A stretch of 63,973 bases of DNA, filler included, from Licmophora abbreviata (GCA_900291995.1; 18 parts of 18 records of this genome joined end to end with filler, not necessarily neighbours in it), one strand, 5' to 3'. Positions 10,895 through 23,010 are shown, numbered from the whole stretch's first letter. The notes: generated by a model not told the origin, from the letters alone. Numbers and translations: made by a program.

Positions 10895-12409
10895 ATGAAC
10901 AGAAGCAGCAGAAGCAGCAGAAGCAGCAGTCTACACTCTCTTCCACTCTCGTGGGGTTTCGTAGTATCCAGTCGTTTCGTACGACTTGTCGATGCTCTGA
11001 TTGTTAGTTACTTGGCGGTAATAGTAGTATTTTCTTCCTCCTCCGTTTCGCACTGTGATGCCGCCTTTTCCAATGTCGTTTGCACTACAAGAAGCAGCAG
11101 CAGCAAGCTTGTATCCATGTCATCACAGACAATGCCGCGGCATACTGGTATAAGACGACCTCCTGTTCCTACAGGTACTCCCATTCGACGACGTCGCTTT
11201 ATACTACTATCCGCCGAGAAAGATCGTCATATCACCACTTTTGAATCATCATCATCATCAACAAACACAAACAGTAATACTACTGCTAGTACTAATTCGT
11301 CGTCTTACAACGACCTGCAACGCTATCAAAATCGAGCCGCCTTGGCCGAGGGAATCTTGAAGGAAAAGGTTCGTGAGCTCCGACTGGTGCAAGGCAAACT
11401 GCAATTATTGGAACAGGTCGTATTGAAACTCAAAGAGGATCCATCCAATACGACAACCACAACAAATCAACAAGATAATCCCGACTCTCACGATGCGGAG
11501 CGGATTGTCGCACTGGAGACAATGTTGAAAGAGACAACCCTACAATTGCAACAGGAGAAACAGCAACATCAGCGCTTGAAGGAAACATTGCAGTCCGTGG
11601 AACGGGAGTATGAGCGTCAGCGGATGGTTCAAACAAGGAGTGAGTCCAAATCACGACAACTCGAAACTAGTTTAACTGCGACACGGCAGGAAGTCTTGAG
11701 ACTGGATGGGGCGCTGGAGGAAAGTCAAAGTGAGGTGATGCACTTGCAGAAGCGGCTTGCTCATGAACAAGAGGAACTACGAAACGTCGCTACTCGAGAA
11801 CAAAAGAGACGGGAACGACTGGAAGCCGAGCTGGAGGCAGCGAAAAAGAAACTAGAAGAAAAGGATCTGCAGTTGGCAAACAACAACAACAACACACAAT
11901 CTCAGCAGCAGCAGCAACAACAGCAACAACAACAAAAAGACGAAGAGCAACGAACTAGTGAAGCCGTGGAGATTGCCACGGCTGCCGTACGGGCTGCTGA
12001 GAAGCGAGAGAGGTCTCTCCAGAAACAGTACGATGACACGCTGGTGGAACTACAGTCACTGCAAGGTGACCACGAAAGGCTGATGGCCAAAGTTGGCAGG
12101 CTGCGCTCGGAACGAGAGATTCTTGAGGAACGAGAGAATAGCGATAGCCCCAAGTTTGATCGAGAAATCGAGAGGCTCCGGACACAAATGAAAGCGGAGC
12201 GTCATCAGTTTGAAGGACAGTTGAAATTACTAACATCAATATCAGCAAGGAGAGCCAAGCAAGAGAAAGAACAGAGACTTCAGGAGCAAGAAGTAGAAGA
12301 AAAAGATGTGGATCACGCGGAGAATCATGGTGGTAATATCAAAGGGGAGAGAGGGCTATGGTCGTTTCTCCGATCGCGTGTACTAAGACGGCGGCGGCGC
12401 AGGAAATAG
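10895..12409 (+). CDS. Hypothetical coiled-coil protein, probably plastid-targeted
   Basis: Hydrophobic N-terminal segment ending CDAA/F followed by an S/T/R-rich transit-like region; long E/Q/R/K/L heptad region with polyQ. Confidence 0.65.
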   Translation: MNRSSRSSRSSSLHSLPLSWGFVVSSRFVRLVDALIVSYLAVIVVFSSSSVSHCDAAFSNVVCTTRSSSSKLVSMSSQTMPRHTGIRRPPVPTGTPIRRRRFILLSAEKDRHITTFESSSSSTNTNSNTTASTNSSSYNDLQRYQNRAALAEGILKEKVRELRLVQGKLQLLEQVVLKLKEDPSNTTTTTNQQDNPDSHDAERIVALETMLKETTLQLQQEKQQHQRLKETLQSVEREYERQRMVQTRSESKSRQLETSLTATRQEVLRLDGALEESQSEVMHLQKRLAHEQEELRNVATREQKRRERLEAELEAAKKKLEEKDLQLANNNNNTQSQQQQQQQQQQQKDEEQRTSEAVEIATAAVRAAEKRERSLQKQYDDTLVELQSLQGDHERLMAKVGRLRSEREILEERENSDSPKFDREIERLRTQMKAERHQFEGQLKLLTSISARRAKQEKEQRLQEQEVEEKDVDHAENHGGNIKGERGLWSFLRSRVLRRRRRRK

Positions 12410-12578
12410 TGCAGCTCGTTGACAAGAGTGATTGGTAGGTCCCAGTTGCTTGAATGGTCGAGCTTAACCTTCTGTAGACTACTATCTAGAAATCTTGTCT
12501 AAAGAGCCTTGTAGACAGATGATGCAAAAGGTGATAGGTGCGTTGCGTTCGAGCGACTACTGTGTACAGACGTCAAAA

Positions 12579-12586
12579 TGACGTCA
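12579..12586. promoter_or_regulatory. CRE/bZIP-type palindrome TGACGTCA about 65 bp upstream of the uL11 start
   Basis: Perfect TGACGTCA plus a nearby GACGTCA at ~12569; function is inferred only. Confidence 0.25.
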
Positions 12587-12649
12587 CAATAGTCGAGCTG
12601 TAACACAAACACACACAAACTCCATCGACGCGGCCACACTCTCATCACC

Positions 12650-13093
12650 ATGTCGTTCGTCCGCCAAGTCAAATTGCGCGTCCCCGCCGGCGCCGCACGT
12701 CCCGGTCCCGCCATCGGTCAAGCCCTGGGTCCACTCGGAATCAATATGGCCGAGTTCTGCAAACAATTCAACGAGAAAACAGCAGAATCCTACGAACGCG
12801 ACACGCCGCTCGGCGTCTTGCTCACGGCCATGTCCGACCGCAGTTTTACCTTTGCAGTTCGATCCCCGCCCACGTCGTATTTAGTCAAGAAGGCTGCGGG
12901 TGTTGAGAAAGGACCGGAACATCCGAGTCTGGATACAGAGTCTGGATTTATTAGTCCGGAAGCAGTGTATGAGATTGCCAAGCTTAAGCAGCAGGACGAA
13001 ATGAGATGGCACTTGCCACTGGAGGGGATAGCGCAGAGTGTCATTGGGACTGCCAGAAGCATTGGAATTCAAGTCAAAGAGGTGGAGGAGTAG
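12650..13093 (+). CDS. MRPL11: Mitochondrial ribosomal protein uL11m
   Basis: VKLRVPAGAARPGPAIGQALGPLGINMAEFCKQFN, DRSFTF...PPTSYL, GTARSIGI. Confidence 0.95.
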   Translation: MSFVRQVKLRVPAGAARPGPAIGQALGPLGINMAEFCKQFNEKTAESYERDTPLGVLLTAMSDRSFTFAVRSPPTSYLVKKAAGVEKGPEHPSLDTESGFISPEAVYEIAKLKQQDEMRWHLPLEGIAQSVIGTARSIGIQVKEVEE

Positions 13094-13129
13094 TTTCGGT
13101 GGTTCTCTGATTTAAAACGCTAGTTTACT

Positions 13130-13464
13130 TTAATACTTTCCCATCATGAAGGCTCGCATGACATTTCGTTTCGCTTCCTTTTGTCGTTGAACCATGCTGC
13201 TGCTATTGCTGGTTGTTGTTGTTGTTGCTATGGTAGACAAGTCATCATCTTGCTCCTTCTCAGATGTCGTTGTGATGTCCATTGGCACTGATGTATTCGC
13301 ACCACTAGTAGTAGTTGTGTCGTCAACACTACTTTGCCATATTTCTGAATGATTCTGTTGTTGTTGTTGTTGCTGCTGCTGCCTCCATTCCTTCAAATTC
13401 GTAATGGACCATGCTTGCAACTCCGACGTGAGCGATTCCACCATGTTTTCTGCCGAGACTAAGG
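13130..13464 (-). CDS. 3' fragment of a hypothetical low-complexity protein (5' lost in spacer)
   Basis: Open frame running from the spacer to a stop at 13130; polyQ/polyT; ends KRNVMRAFMMGKY. Confidence 0.45.
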
Positions 13465-14069
13465 NNNNNNNNNNNNNNNNNNNNNNNNNNNNNNNNNNNN
13501 NNNNNNNNTTAATTAATTAANNNNNNNNNNNNNNNNNNNNNNNNNNNNNNNNNNNNNNNNNNNNTCGTTTGTGATTGTGTTTCTTCTCTTGTTCCATGAG
13601 TACTAATGACTACTACTAATAAGCCGTCGACAACAACAGATACTATTACAGATCAGGAAAATGGCAAACGGATTGATTCGACGACTATAGAGTGCTTGTT
13701 CTTGCTGTCGTTGAATCTAAAACAGTGTCATGATCGAATAAGCGCGCCTTTTTTCGAGATGATGAGCCGCGGTATCTGATCCGGGTTCTCCACAGTACGA
13801 GCTCGTATATCTTATGTCACTCCGACACTCACTGACATTTCTATACTTATGCCCGAGTAGAGGAGAGAAGGACAGAGCCAATAAGTCGGAACGCGAGATG
13901 CAGTGTTGAATGTGTGACGATGATATTCGTAGTAGGACGACGACAAAGAGAGAGCGGCACTGTTATTTCATCACTATATCCACGACGGGACGACGACCAG
14001 CGAGGACAGCCTTCTAAACTATGATAGAACGGAGGAGGATGTTATAATAACATATACAAAGCCACAAGG

Positions 14070-16199
14070 ATGAAGGCCTCTTCCAACCACAAAACAAGAA
14101 CGAAACACGACAACAACAATTCGATTCGCTTGTGCGGTACATCCCGCGGCAGTTGCGGCTACTGCGGCGGCACACGTGGTTTCCTTGTACAATCCTCCAG
14201 CACTACACACGTACAAACAACAACGACTGCTGCAGCAAGAGTTACGGCATTCTGGCCTCGACCTTGCGTCCCGCCGACTATGAAGTCTTGCTATGTCGAG
14301 GCTGGCGTCGATCGGGCTTGCACGTCTACCGTCCCTCCAATTTCGATACGTGCTGTCCCGCACTCACGATTCGATTGCCGGTGTCGCACTTTGTACGGAC
14401 CAAGTCGCAACGCCGGAACGTGTGGAATCGAATGCACAAGGCGTGTCGGTCATTTGACACAGGGAGTAGTTCAACGGAACCAAAGACAACTACTGTGAGT
14501 AGTAGCAGTGTCGATGGAGGACTACCATCATCCGTGATGAACACTGCGAATAACAAAAAGAGAGCACGAGGAAGGGCACGTCGGAACTCACCTGAAACGA
14601 TACGAGCGCGTCATCCTCCTCTCCAGACGACATCTTCCTCCTCCTCAACAGCAGCAGCCGCAGCAGTAAGAGTGGACCCTATACTGTTGGAGGACTTGAA
14701 ACAACAAACCTGTCGTATTCTTCGACGCATGATGACAGAGGAAGAGTCGCAACGCTTGGTATCGCAACTCCTCGACAACAACAATGTCACATTCAAACCA
14801 GTGCATCCAAAAAAGAAGCAACAACAACGTTCTAGTAGTATCACACTGACTACATCGATATGTGCGAAACTTGCAGGCATCACGACGTCTCGACATGGTA
14901 CACAACAACAACGACCATTGGATCGAGGTCCCTTGGCAACGGAATTGGCGGCGGAATTGCAGCAGCATTATGCAGCATCCGGCAAGGCAGTGGAAACTGT
15001 GCGTGCGCACGTACCGAGTGGACAAGTTTTGGTGACCTATCAAACAAACAATTATCATGGTGATTGTGATACTGCTGTTGGTGTACCCATGGATACGGAT
15101 CATCATGACGACAACCACGACGACAAGATTGGACACTGGCTCGAGACGCATCACGGTATACCACGGCAGACTATGTCATCGTCGTCTCCAAGAGAGTATT
15201 CGCTTCAAGTCACGACTGTACCGGCATTGGAGAGTGCATTGCAACCAGACGTACATGAGTTGTACTTTCGCTATCAGCATAGAGTTCATGGAGATCCCGA
15301 TGTGTTGAAAAAGTCTCCTTCCGTCGACGACAACGATACTACTACTTTTACTCCAACTGCTGCTGCTGCTACAGTGTCTACTGACACAGGAGGAAGACTG
15401 GGGAGAGGCGTCGAAGAACTGGATTGCACGCGCACAAGTCATGTTGACGGAGCAGTATGGAGCCAATCGTGCTCCCGTGACGGAATTTACATCCTTTTAC
15501 AAGTTTCTCGTGGAATCGCCATTTCCGTCCGTGACGTCCAAGAAGTCTTTTTCTCACAAGCACCACCACCACCAGCAGCAGCAACAACAACACCTTCCGA
15601 CTGGAACCTACCATCAGCAGTACCGAGTAGAGGGCATGTTGATTGCGGTCGGTGTGGTGGACATTTTGCCGGGTGGTTTGTCGTCGGTCTATGCCTTTTA
15701 CGATCCCGATTTTGCTCATGACATTTGTGCCCTGGGCAAGTATACGACCTTGTATGAAATCGAAGTGGTGAAAGAGTTGGGGCTCTCGCATTACTACATG
15801 GGATATTATATTGAGAGTTGCCCCAAAATGACGTACAAGGCTGACTACCATCCCAGTCAGTTGCTGTGTCCGACGCATCATGTATGGGTCGATGCGACCG
15901 AGGCGCTATCGACGTTGCGAAAGTACAGTCCTGAGCGACATTGTTGTACTCTCTATCGACATCCTTCTAGTAACGAGGAGGAACAAGAGATATTGGAGGA
16001 GGATGTCGACAGGCAAACGAAACGAGCAAAGGAGACAGCGATACTCCAGCGCATCCCGCTCAACGTCGGTGGCAACTCGCTAGTGACTTTGAACATGCTT
16101 CACGAGCGTGGACAGGAGATTGTACGACCGTTGCTGGAGGAGTTTCTGAATCATGTCGGACCACAAGTCAGTCCGCACTGCACCATTGTTCTTGTGTAG
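14070..16199 (+). CDS. ATE1: Arginyl-tRNA--protein transferase (two apparent 1-bp frameshifts)
   Basis: N-terminal CGYC, SYG, LLCRGWRRSG, TCCP; C-terminal GTYHQQYR...IAVGVVDILPGGLSSVYAFYDPD, YYMGYYIESCPKMTYKADY. Frame changes at ~14180-14220 and ~15390. Confidence 0.9.
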
Positions 16200-16320
16200 A
16201 GTAGTCTATCTGGGGCGTTGGAAAGGGCTTAGGCTTAGTACGTCTACAGAATGCAGTCGAGTAGTACATTCCAGTAGTTCTATCTCTAGTAGTTCGACTC
16301 TGTTGCTCATTCACGTCATT

Positions 16321-18115
16321 CTACTCCTCCGGTACGATACGAATCAACGGTACATTTTGCTGCGCCACCACCCTGTCTCGAAGAATCTCGGCCGATTTGG
16401 TACCGTCCGCTTTGTAGATGGCAATATAAATGTCCTCAAAGACGATACCCGCAAGCCCGACGACATCGAGATCATTCGGATCATCGCCAAACGGATCTGC
16501 TCCATGTAACATGGAATGATGATACACATAAAAACGTGAGAGAGTGTGATATGCACACTACGACACGACCTCCATTCAATACAAATACAATATATACATC
16601 GACAACACACACGACGCACCGTCCAGTTCCATACTAACATACTCGAGTCCCAAAAAGCCGTAGGTAATAAAGAACATGATAATCATGAGATGTACCAGAT
16701 GGTCCATCTGATTGACCAACGCAAGGGGCAAACTAAAGACCCAAAAGAAGAGAAAGGTCCTTGTCATTTGCACCAGTGGAAAGGGAAAGGGCGTCGTAAC
16801 TAACTTTTGCAATCCATGAAAGGCCGTCATGAATTCCGACACGAAACTAAGAATCTTGAGTTCTTCATTGACATGCATGGCAAATGGCAAGGTCTGTCCA
16901 TTGCGCTGTTTCAATATCGTTTCTCTCAAGTTGTAGGCCAAGACAATGGGTGCCCGTAAGTTTTCATCTTGAACGGTTCGTACTCCATGAGCCCATTGGG
17001 AGAGCCGTTCCGTTTGGGGTGTCGCACGAGGCATTGTCGTCGTCGTTGTAGTAGTAGTATTATTTTGTTGTTGTTGTGTAGTGGCAGTTTGTCGCTTGCG
17101 TACCAATGATGGCAAGGAAGAAGTCCTTCTGGGCAAGGATGACGATGTTCCTGACGCCGCAGATATGCCAGCTTCGCTTCGTGGAGTCAAGACTTCCAGA
17201 TTCTCTTGCTCCGGAACAACATCCCATGTATTGACTTTACTCGTGCGGTACTTGACAGGAGCAAGAGAGAGAGAGAGAGAGAGAGAGAAAGTGCGATGAA
17301 TTTCTCTTCCACTGAGGCCTTTGTATACTGTCACACCCAGTCTCGTTCGTACTAGTATGCATCTCACGTACCTCAATCGCTGCCATGGTAACCCGCAACA
17401 ACAGTATCGTTCGATAGGCCACTTGCCGTCTCCACTCTTGCGCGGCTGATGCTGCATCCAAACTAGTGTTCGAAGCAGTAGTAGTAGTAGTATCCTGTTG
17501 GACGGTGAGTAGACAGGTGTACTGCACAATTTCCCTGGACGCTCGAAAGCACGTACTGAGACAATCCCTTGCCTCCATGAATCGTTGGTAGGTAATGTTG
17601 GCCCTCGTCACGACCAAGAAGGATACCATGATGGACATGAAGGTATGACCACTGGTGTTGGGAAAGGCAATGGAACCAAGAAAGGAAGACTGTTTGAAGC
17701 AGAATAAGAGCATCGTCAAGAGGACATTGACGAGGCAGTAGGGAAAGACGTGGGGCCACACGCTTCCGTACATTTGAAACAAGACGGCGAGATGAGAATT
17801 GCTGTTGTATTCCAATCGACGAATCGTATTGTTGTTGGTACGAACATAGGATGGTGATGGTGGTTCTTGTTCTTGAGGTGTGGGTGAATTGACGGCATTC
17901 TTGGGAGTGTCGTCCAGTGATGCTGGTACCACCAATAAGGGAGTTTTCTCATCGTTCGTCGTGTCCAGGACATTGACGGATAAAGACGTGGCAGCAGAAG
18001 TAGTTTTCACAGTGCTGTCTTGTCTACTGGGTGTTGGAAAAGAGCTTGGAATCGTAGCATTTGGAAAAGTAGAAGGAGGAGAGTCCGGTCCCTGTTCGAG
18101 GTCGTTCGTCGTCAT
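16321..18115 (-). CDS. Bestrophin-like anion channel (UPF0187/YneE type), copy A, 2 introns
   Basis: YGSVWPHV, SFLVVTRAN..YQRFMEAR, TTPFPFPLVQM, GFLGLEYVSMELDDPFGDDPNDLD; introns 17251-17371 and 16497-16619. Confidence 0.9.
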
Positions 18116-18724
18116 GGCGGCGGCGGGATGCAGAGGAGGACGAAGTCGAGGTTCGATTCTGGCATTCCCATGACTGCTGGAATCCAATAACGGATAGAGG
18201 AGGAGGGTCGTTCCGTCAGCTCGTTNNNNNNNNNNNNNNNNNNNNNNNNNNNNNNNNNNNNNNNNNNNNTTAATTAATTAANNNNNNNNNNNNNNNNNNN
18301 NNNNNNNNNNNNNNNNNNNNNNNNNAGGAGGGTCGTTCTGTCAGCTCGTTTTTAGTTCCATTCATGCTGGCGTTGGAGGAATAGAAAGAGAAGACCGGAC
18401 GAAAGAGATATTTGCCAATGGTGCTGTGTCCAAGCACGACAAAAAGTTTAGAGGTCTTAGTTTTCCCCTCCACCAACTCATTCCCACTTGAGAGGAATAT
18501 ATACTTAAGCTGTGTATACTATATATGATAATGTGTTCTCTCACTGTGACAAAAGTCACATCATTACACTCTTTGGCGTGATTGAAAGCTTGGATTGGAC
18601 TTGACTGTCTCTCGTCATTCTCGCGTGCTGTCGATGCTGTGCTGTGCTGTGCTGTACTGTACTGTGCTGCTGAGGATCTCTTGTCTTGTCTGTCGACTGA
18701 TGCTGACACCAAGAATAAGCAAAA

Positions 18725-20191
18725 ATGCCCCCGACACGACAAGCCGTCCGCAGCGCTCATCGACGCCTCGGCAGTGTCGATACATCTGTCGCAGTAGAGT
18801 CCTATTCGACATTCACCACTACACCAGTATCATCCTCATCCTCGCCGCCACCCCCCGACTACTCCATCAGCCATCATCGTTCCTCGTTTGACCGCGACGC
18901 GTGCGGACCGATTCGTCGCGTCTACTACGACGACACCAACCACTGGTCCGTCCTCACCCAACTCTACGGCAGTGTCTGGCCGCGCGTCTTGCCCTACTGC
19001 CTCACTACCATGCTCTTGACACTCCTCGTGTGGTACTTTAGTAGGATACACCTTGTTGTATCCATCACAGACGACCCGGTGGGACACAAGTTCATGGCCA
19101 CCATTCTCAGTTTCTTGGTAGTTACACGCGCCAACATCATGTACCAACGTTTCATGGAAGCAAGGGCCTACTTGAATGGATGTTACAAGAGTTGTCGAGA
19201 ATTGGTGCAACATGCCTGTCTATTGACACAACACCACACTGACAATCATCATCCTCATCATGCTGTCATTTGGCGTCACAATGTCGCCTATCGGACGATA
19301 CTCTTACTAAGAGTCACCATGGCGGCAGTGGAGTATGAATCGCAACACAAGAGTGCATGGGAAATACCAGAGTTGCTCGAACATGATAAGAAGGATCTTG
19401 TGCGGGATATGATCTTTATGACGACTAGAAAAGAGGATCCTCGAACTACCACTGCAACTACTACTGATACTACTACAACACCGACATCATCATCATCGTC
19501 GTCGTCGCCCTCGTCAGTGTCAACGGATCTTCCTCCATTGCCCTCATCATCACCATCATCGCCACATATCGACGCAACTACTACTCGCACTCTTCACGAA
19601 GAATCCCTCCGCGCACCTCTCATTCTAGCCTACAATCTTCGAAACGAAATCATGCAGCAACGATCCGATCGTGACGGCGGCTACTTTCGACACGTCAATG
19701 AAGAATTGAAATTGTTGGATTGCGTGGGAGATTTTTTGACTGCCTTTGAAGGATTGCAAAAGTTAGTCACGACACCCTATCCCTTCCCACTCGTGCAAAT
19801 GACACGGACCTTTCTATTTGTCTTTGTCTTTACACTGCCCTTTGTATTGTGTCATACGCCACCACGTGACAATGACCATACTACTACTGCACCATTGCTG
19901 GAAGCATTGTCCATTATGTTTCTGATTGCCTTTGGATTTCTTGGTCTGGAACTTGTATGTATGGAATTGAATGATCCCTTTGGGGATGACAGCAATGATT
20001 TGGATTGCAAGGGATACGCGCAGCTGGTCTATGAAGATATATACATTGCCATTTACAAAGCGGATGGGGAAGAAGCGGCGCATCATTTGAGACGCAAGAT
20101 TGTCAAGCGCATCCAAGACGGACCGGCGTTGGAGAACTTTCAAGAAGAAGAAGAAGAAGAAGAGTATCGTCGTCCACGGCGCGGCCACTAG
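18725..20191 (+). CDS. Bestrophin-like anion channel, copy B, intronless
   Basis: YGSVWPRV, SFLVVTRANIMYQRFMEAR, TTPYPFPLVQM, GLELVCMELNDPFGDDSNDLD. Confidence 0.92.
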   Translation: MPPTRQAVRSAHRRLGSVDTSVAVESYSTFTTTPVSSSSSPPPPDYSISHHRSSFDRDACGPIRRVYYDDTNHWSVLTQLYGSVWPRVLPYCLTTMLLTLLVWYFSRIHLVVSITDDPVGHKFMATILSFLVVTRANIMYQRFMEARAYLNGCYKSCRELVQHACLLTQHHTDNHHPHHAVIWRHNVAYRTILLLRVTMAAVEYESQHKSAWEIPELLEHDKKDLVRDMIFMTTRKEDPRTTTATTTDTTTTPTSSSSSSSPSSVSTDLPPLPSSSPSSPHIDATTTRTLHEESLRAPLILAYNLRNEIMQQRSDRDGGYFRHVNEELKLLDCVGDFLTAFEGLQKLVTTPYPFPLVQMTRTFLFVFVFTLPFVLCHTPPRDNDHTTTAPLLEALSIMFLIAFGFLGLELVCMELNDPFGDDSNDLDCKGYAQLVYEDIYIAIYKADGEEAAHHLRRKIVKRIQDGPALENFQEEEEEEEYRRPRRGH

Positions 20192-20479
20192 TACGGTGTC
20201 AATGATTGTTCGCCGACTGGTAGACTACACTCTCAAAGACGGAGGATTGAAACAAGCAAGATGCGTGTTTGGGGGCGACAAGTGTATGACGTGAATTGCA
20301 GCAGCTATACAATTATCTTCTAATCTTGGACCGGCATACACGTTCGTCGCGTCGCTACTTCTGTTTACAATGTCAACTTCGCTACAAAGGTCTATATGAT
20401 ACCGTGTCTGCCTATCCCCAATCTCTCTCTCTCGTGCACTCCATTACTTGAGTCGCACGCAACAGTATTGGCTCTCTCC

Positions 20480-21357
20480 TCACGCTTTATATTTCAATGA
20501 CTCCCGCTCCAAGGCCATCGTCACTCGATCGACTGCCGCACAGAACGGATGAGAGGGAGAGGCCTCCTTGAGCTCCTCCAAGAGTAGTGCCGTAGTATTG
20601 TTAGTAGAATCACTCTTGGACGGCAGTTGTTCGTGACAGACCAGCAGGTTGATAATGGTATCCGCTCGTTGCGCACTGCTCATGGCATCACTGAATTCCG
20701 CACGACACTCATTGAGGGCTTGCTCGGCGGCAGAGTAGTTTCCCGAAACCAAGTAACTGGCACTGGTGAGATTCAGAAGATAGGGAGACGGGCCGTACTG
20801 CTCCGAGAGGGACTGGAGGATGTGAACGGCATCGCTGCTCTTACTACTTCCCGTTGCAATCATGCAGTAGACGTTTCCGAGCTGGGTGAGGATGCTGTCT
20901 TCGTCGGCTTGTTGGAGCATCTGGAGGGACTGTTGGGCGAGGTCGAGGCGGTCCATTTTGAGGTAAATCTGCAGGCTCACAAGGATGTGTTCCATGGTGA
21001 TTCCCAAGTGCACGCACTGGAGGGCGTCCTTGGTCGACGATGCGTTCATCAAGAAGACGTGGGCGGCCGTGAGTTGGACCGACGTGCTAGTGGGGTGCGA
21101 GGCGAGGAGGGTCTTGAGGTCGTCGAGGATCGAGTTCTTGGCGTCGTCGCTGCCGGCGGTCTCGTATTTCGCGCGAAGGACAAGGGCGTGGATGCCTGTG
21201 CGAGAGAAGTAATACGAAACCGACAAGGATGAGTGCCTGCGATGATTGCAGACGATGATACTATACAATCGACCCTCTTCGCGGTCATTGTCTGTCTCTC
21301 GCCATCACGTAAAGGTACTACCAGAGTCTACACACACGCACCGGGCTCGTCGCTGCC
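20480..21357 (-). CDS. COPE: Coatomer epsilon subunit (5' truncated)
   Basis: TPR-like LQIYLKMDRLDLAQ...DEDSILTQL, LLN...GNYSAAE..L, DTIINLLVC, SPSHPF; probable intron ~21198-21341. Confidence 0.8.
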
Positions 21358-21654
21358 NNNNNNNNNNNNNNNNNNNNNNNNNNNNNNNNNNNNNNNNNNN
21401 NTTAATTAATTAANNNNNNNNNNNNNNNNNNNNNNNNNNNNNNNNNNNNNNNNNNNNGAGATTCACTCGACTCAACCTTCTTTGTGGTTTTTGCGTTATC
21501 AATTGGAAATTCTTTCTGTCACTTTCTTGATTCTCTCAGACACGAGTGCATAAGTGCAATCCCTCGTGATGTACACGTTCACGTTTCAAAGTGGAAACAC
21601 CCACACTTCGGCGGCTCACAATTTTCTATTCCTCTTGCAGCGCAAGAAAACGCC

Positions 21655-23010
21655 ATGATGTCCCCCCAACGTCTGTCATCGGCGTTGTTGCTCCTTCTTG
21701 TCAGTCCTTCTTTTAACGTTGTTGTCAACGGAAGTTGCTGTGAGGTGTCTGGTGGTCTCAGTGCCTCTGTCGTGGACGATAATGTCGCAATCGATGTGGA
21801 ATGTCCTGCGTCGTACCCCTACGCTCGATGCGTTCGCAACTGCGAGTTTACAGGAATCGCTGGAAGCGAGATCACTCAGCAATCTGCCAAGAACCTTCCG
21901 CCTTACTGTACGAATTCTACTGCCAACACATTCGCGGCACTTGCAAAAACCAACAATGGTACCTACGACTCGGTCAAAGTGAATCTTCTTGGACTGTGCT
22001 GTCAGCAGGCGACTCCACCCATTCGTCCAGCAACGCCCGACCCCAACTTTGTCTTTCGTACATGTCCCGGCTTCGAAGCTCCCGTCACCACTCCACTCTG
22101 CAGTACGACACCCGAACTTTGTTCCAGTGATGACAACACATGCGTGACTGGAAGTTGCGACGCTGCTACGGACACATGCCAGTATACTGTTACTCCAGGT
22201 TACGTTCTCGTGAATGGTGAATGTATGCAAGATGAAACATTGCAGTGCACCAGTGACACTCCTCCGTGTCCCAGTGGTCAAAGGGAAGCGTCTGAGGGAT
22301 GTTGCGAACCGTGTCCAAGCGGAACCTACGAGATGTCTGGAGCTTGCATCGACTGCCCACCCAACACCTCGAACGAAGAAGGGTCGTCAGGCGAAGACAG
22401 TTGTGTGGAAGTTACAGGTGGATTTTGTCCCACGGGAGCGCCGACTGGCTTCCAGCGCGGTCGTCAATTGGGCTTCTGCGATGACGAGTGCCCCACTCTT
22501 AATGCAAACCGCAAAATGGCATTGGAAGGAATCGCATTGAAGAACTTCTTCTCGCCTGTCAGTCCCGGGGCAGTGGCAGATCTTGCAGGGGCCGTGGAGG
22601 CTCTCGGTTTGTTGGGGAACATTGCCAATGTAGGCAATATTGCTGCAGGCGCCGCACAGGGAGCCAGTGCGGCGTTATTGGAGGCATCCAAGGCCTTTAT
22701 TGACTCCAACACTAGCGGCAATCTGGCGACGGCGGTTCTCAATGCGGCATTGGCACTGGAACCTCTCTTGCAACGTCGTAATGGTGCCGCCATCTGGATC
22801 AAGCTGAGTGCAGACTGTTGCCTGTCGACGTCGTGCTGTATCATCTTTGACAACAATGAATGGGTCAAGACGGAAAAGTGGCACAAGTGTTCGGCGACTC
22901 CAAAAGGAGGCATCAAAGGCTTAGGATTCATGCCCGGCGATGCGAATGGAATCAAGAATGCTCTTCCCGGCTGTATTGTCGAAGCGGTCCGTGCCTTCAA
23001 GTGCCCATAG
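21655..23010 (+). CDS. Secreted cysteine-rich protein with GCC2/GCC3 (ephrin-receptor-like) repeat and unknown C-terminal domain
   Basis: Signal peptide MMSPQRLSSALLLLLVS; many Cys residues; CEPCPSGTY...CIDCPPNTSNEEGSSGEDSC. Confidence 0.7.
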   Translation: MMSPQRLSSALLLLLVSPSFNVVVNGSCCEVSGGLSASVVDDNVAIDVECPASYPYARCVRNCEFTGIAGSEITQQSAKNLPPYCTNSTANTFAALAKTNNGTYDSVKVNLLGLCCQQATPPIRPATPDPNFVFRTCPGFEAPVTTPLCSTTPELCSSDDNTCVTGSCDAATDTCQYTVTPGYVLVNGECMQDETLQCTSDTPPCPSGQREASEGCCEPCPSGTYEMSGACIDCPPNTSNEEGSSGEDSCVEVTGGFCPTGAPTGFQRGRQLGFCDDECPTLNANRKMALEGIALKNFFSPVSPGAVADLAGAVEALGLLGNIANVGNIAAGAAQGASAALLEASKAFIDSNTSGNLATAVLNAALALEPLLQRRNGAAIWIKLSADCCLSTSCCIIFDNNEWVKTEKWHKCSATPKGGIKGLGFMPGDANGIKNALPGCIVEAVRAFKCP

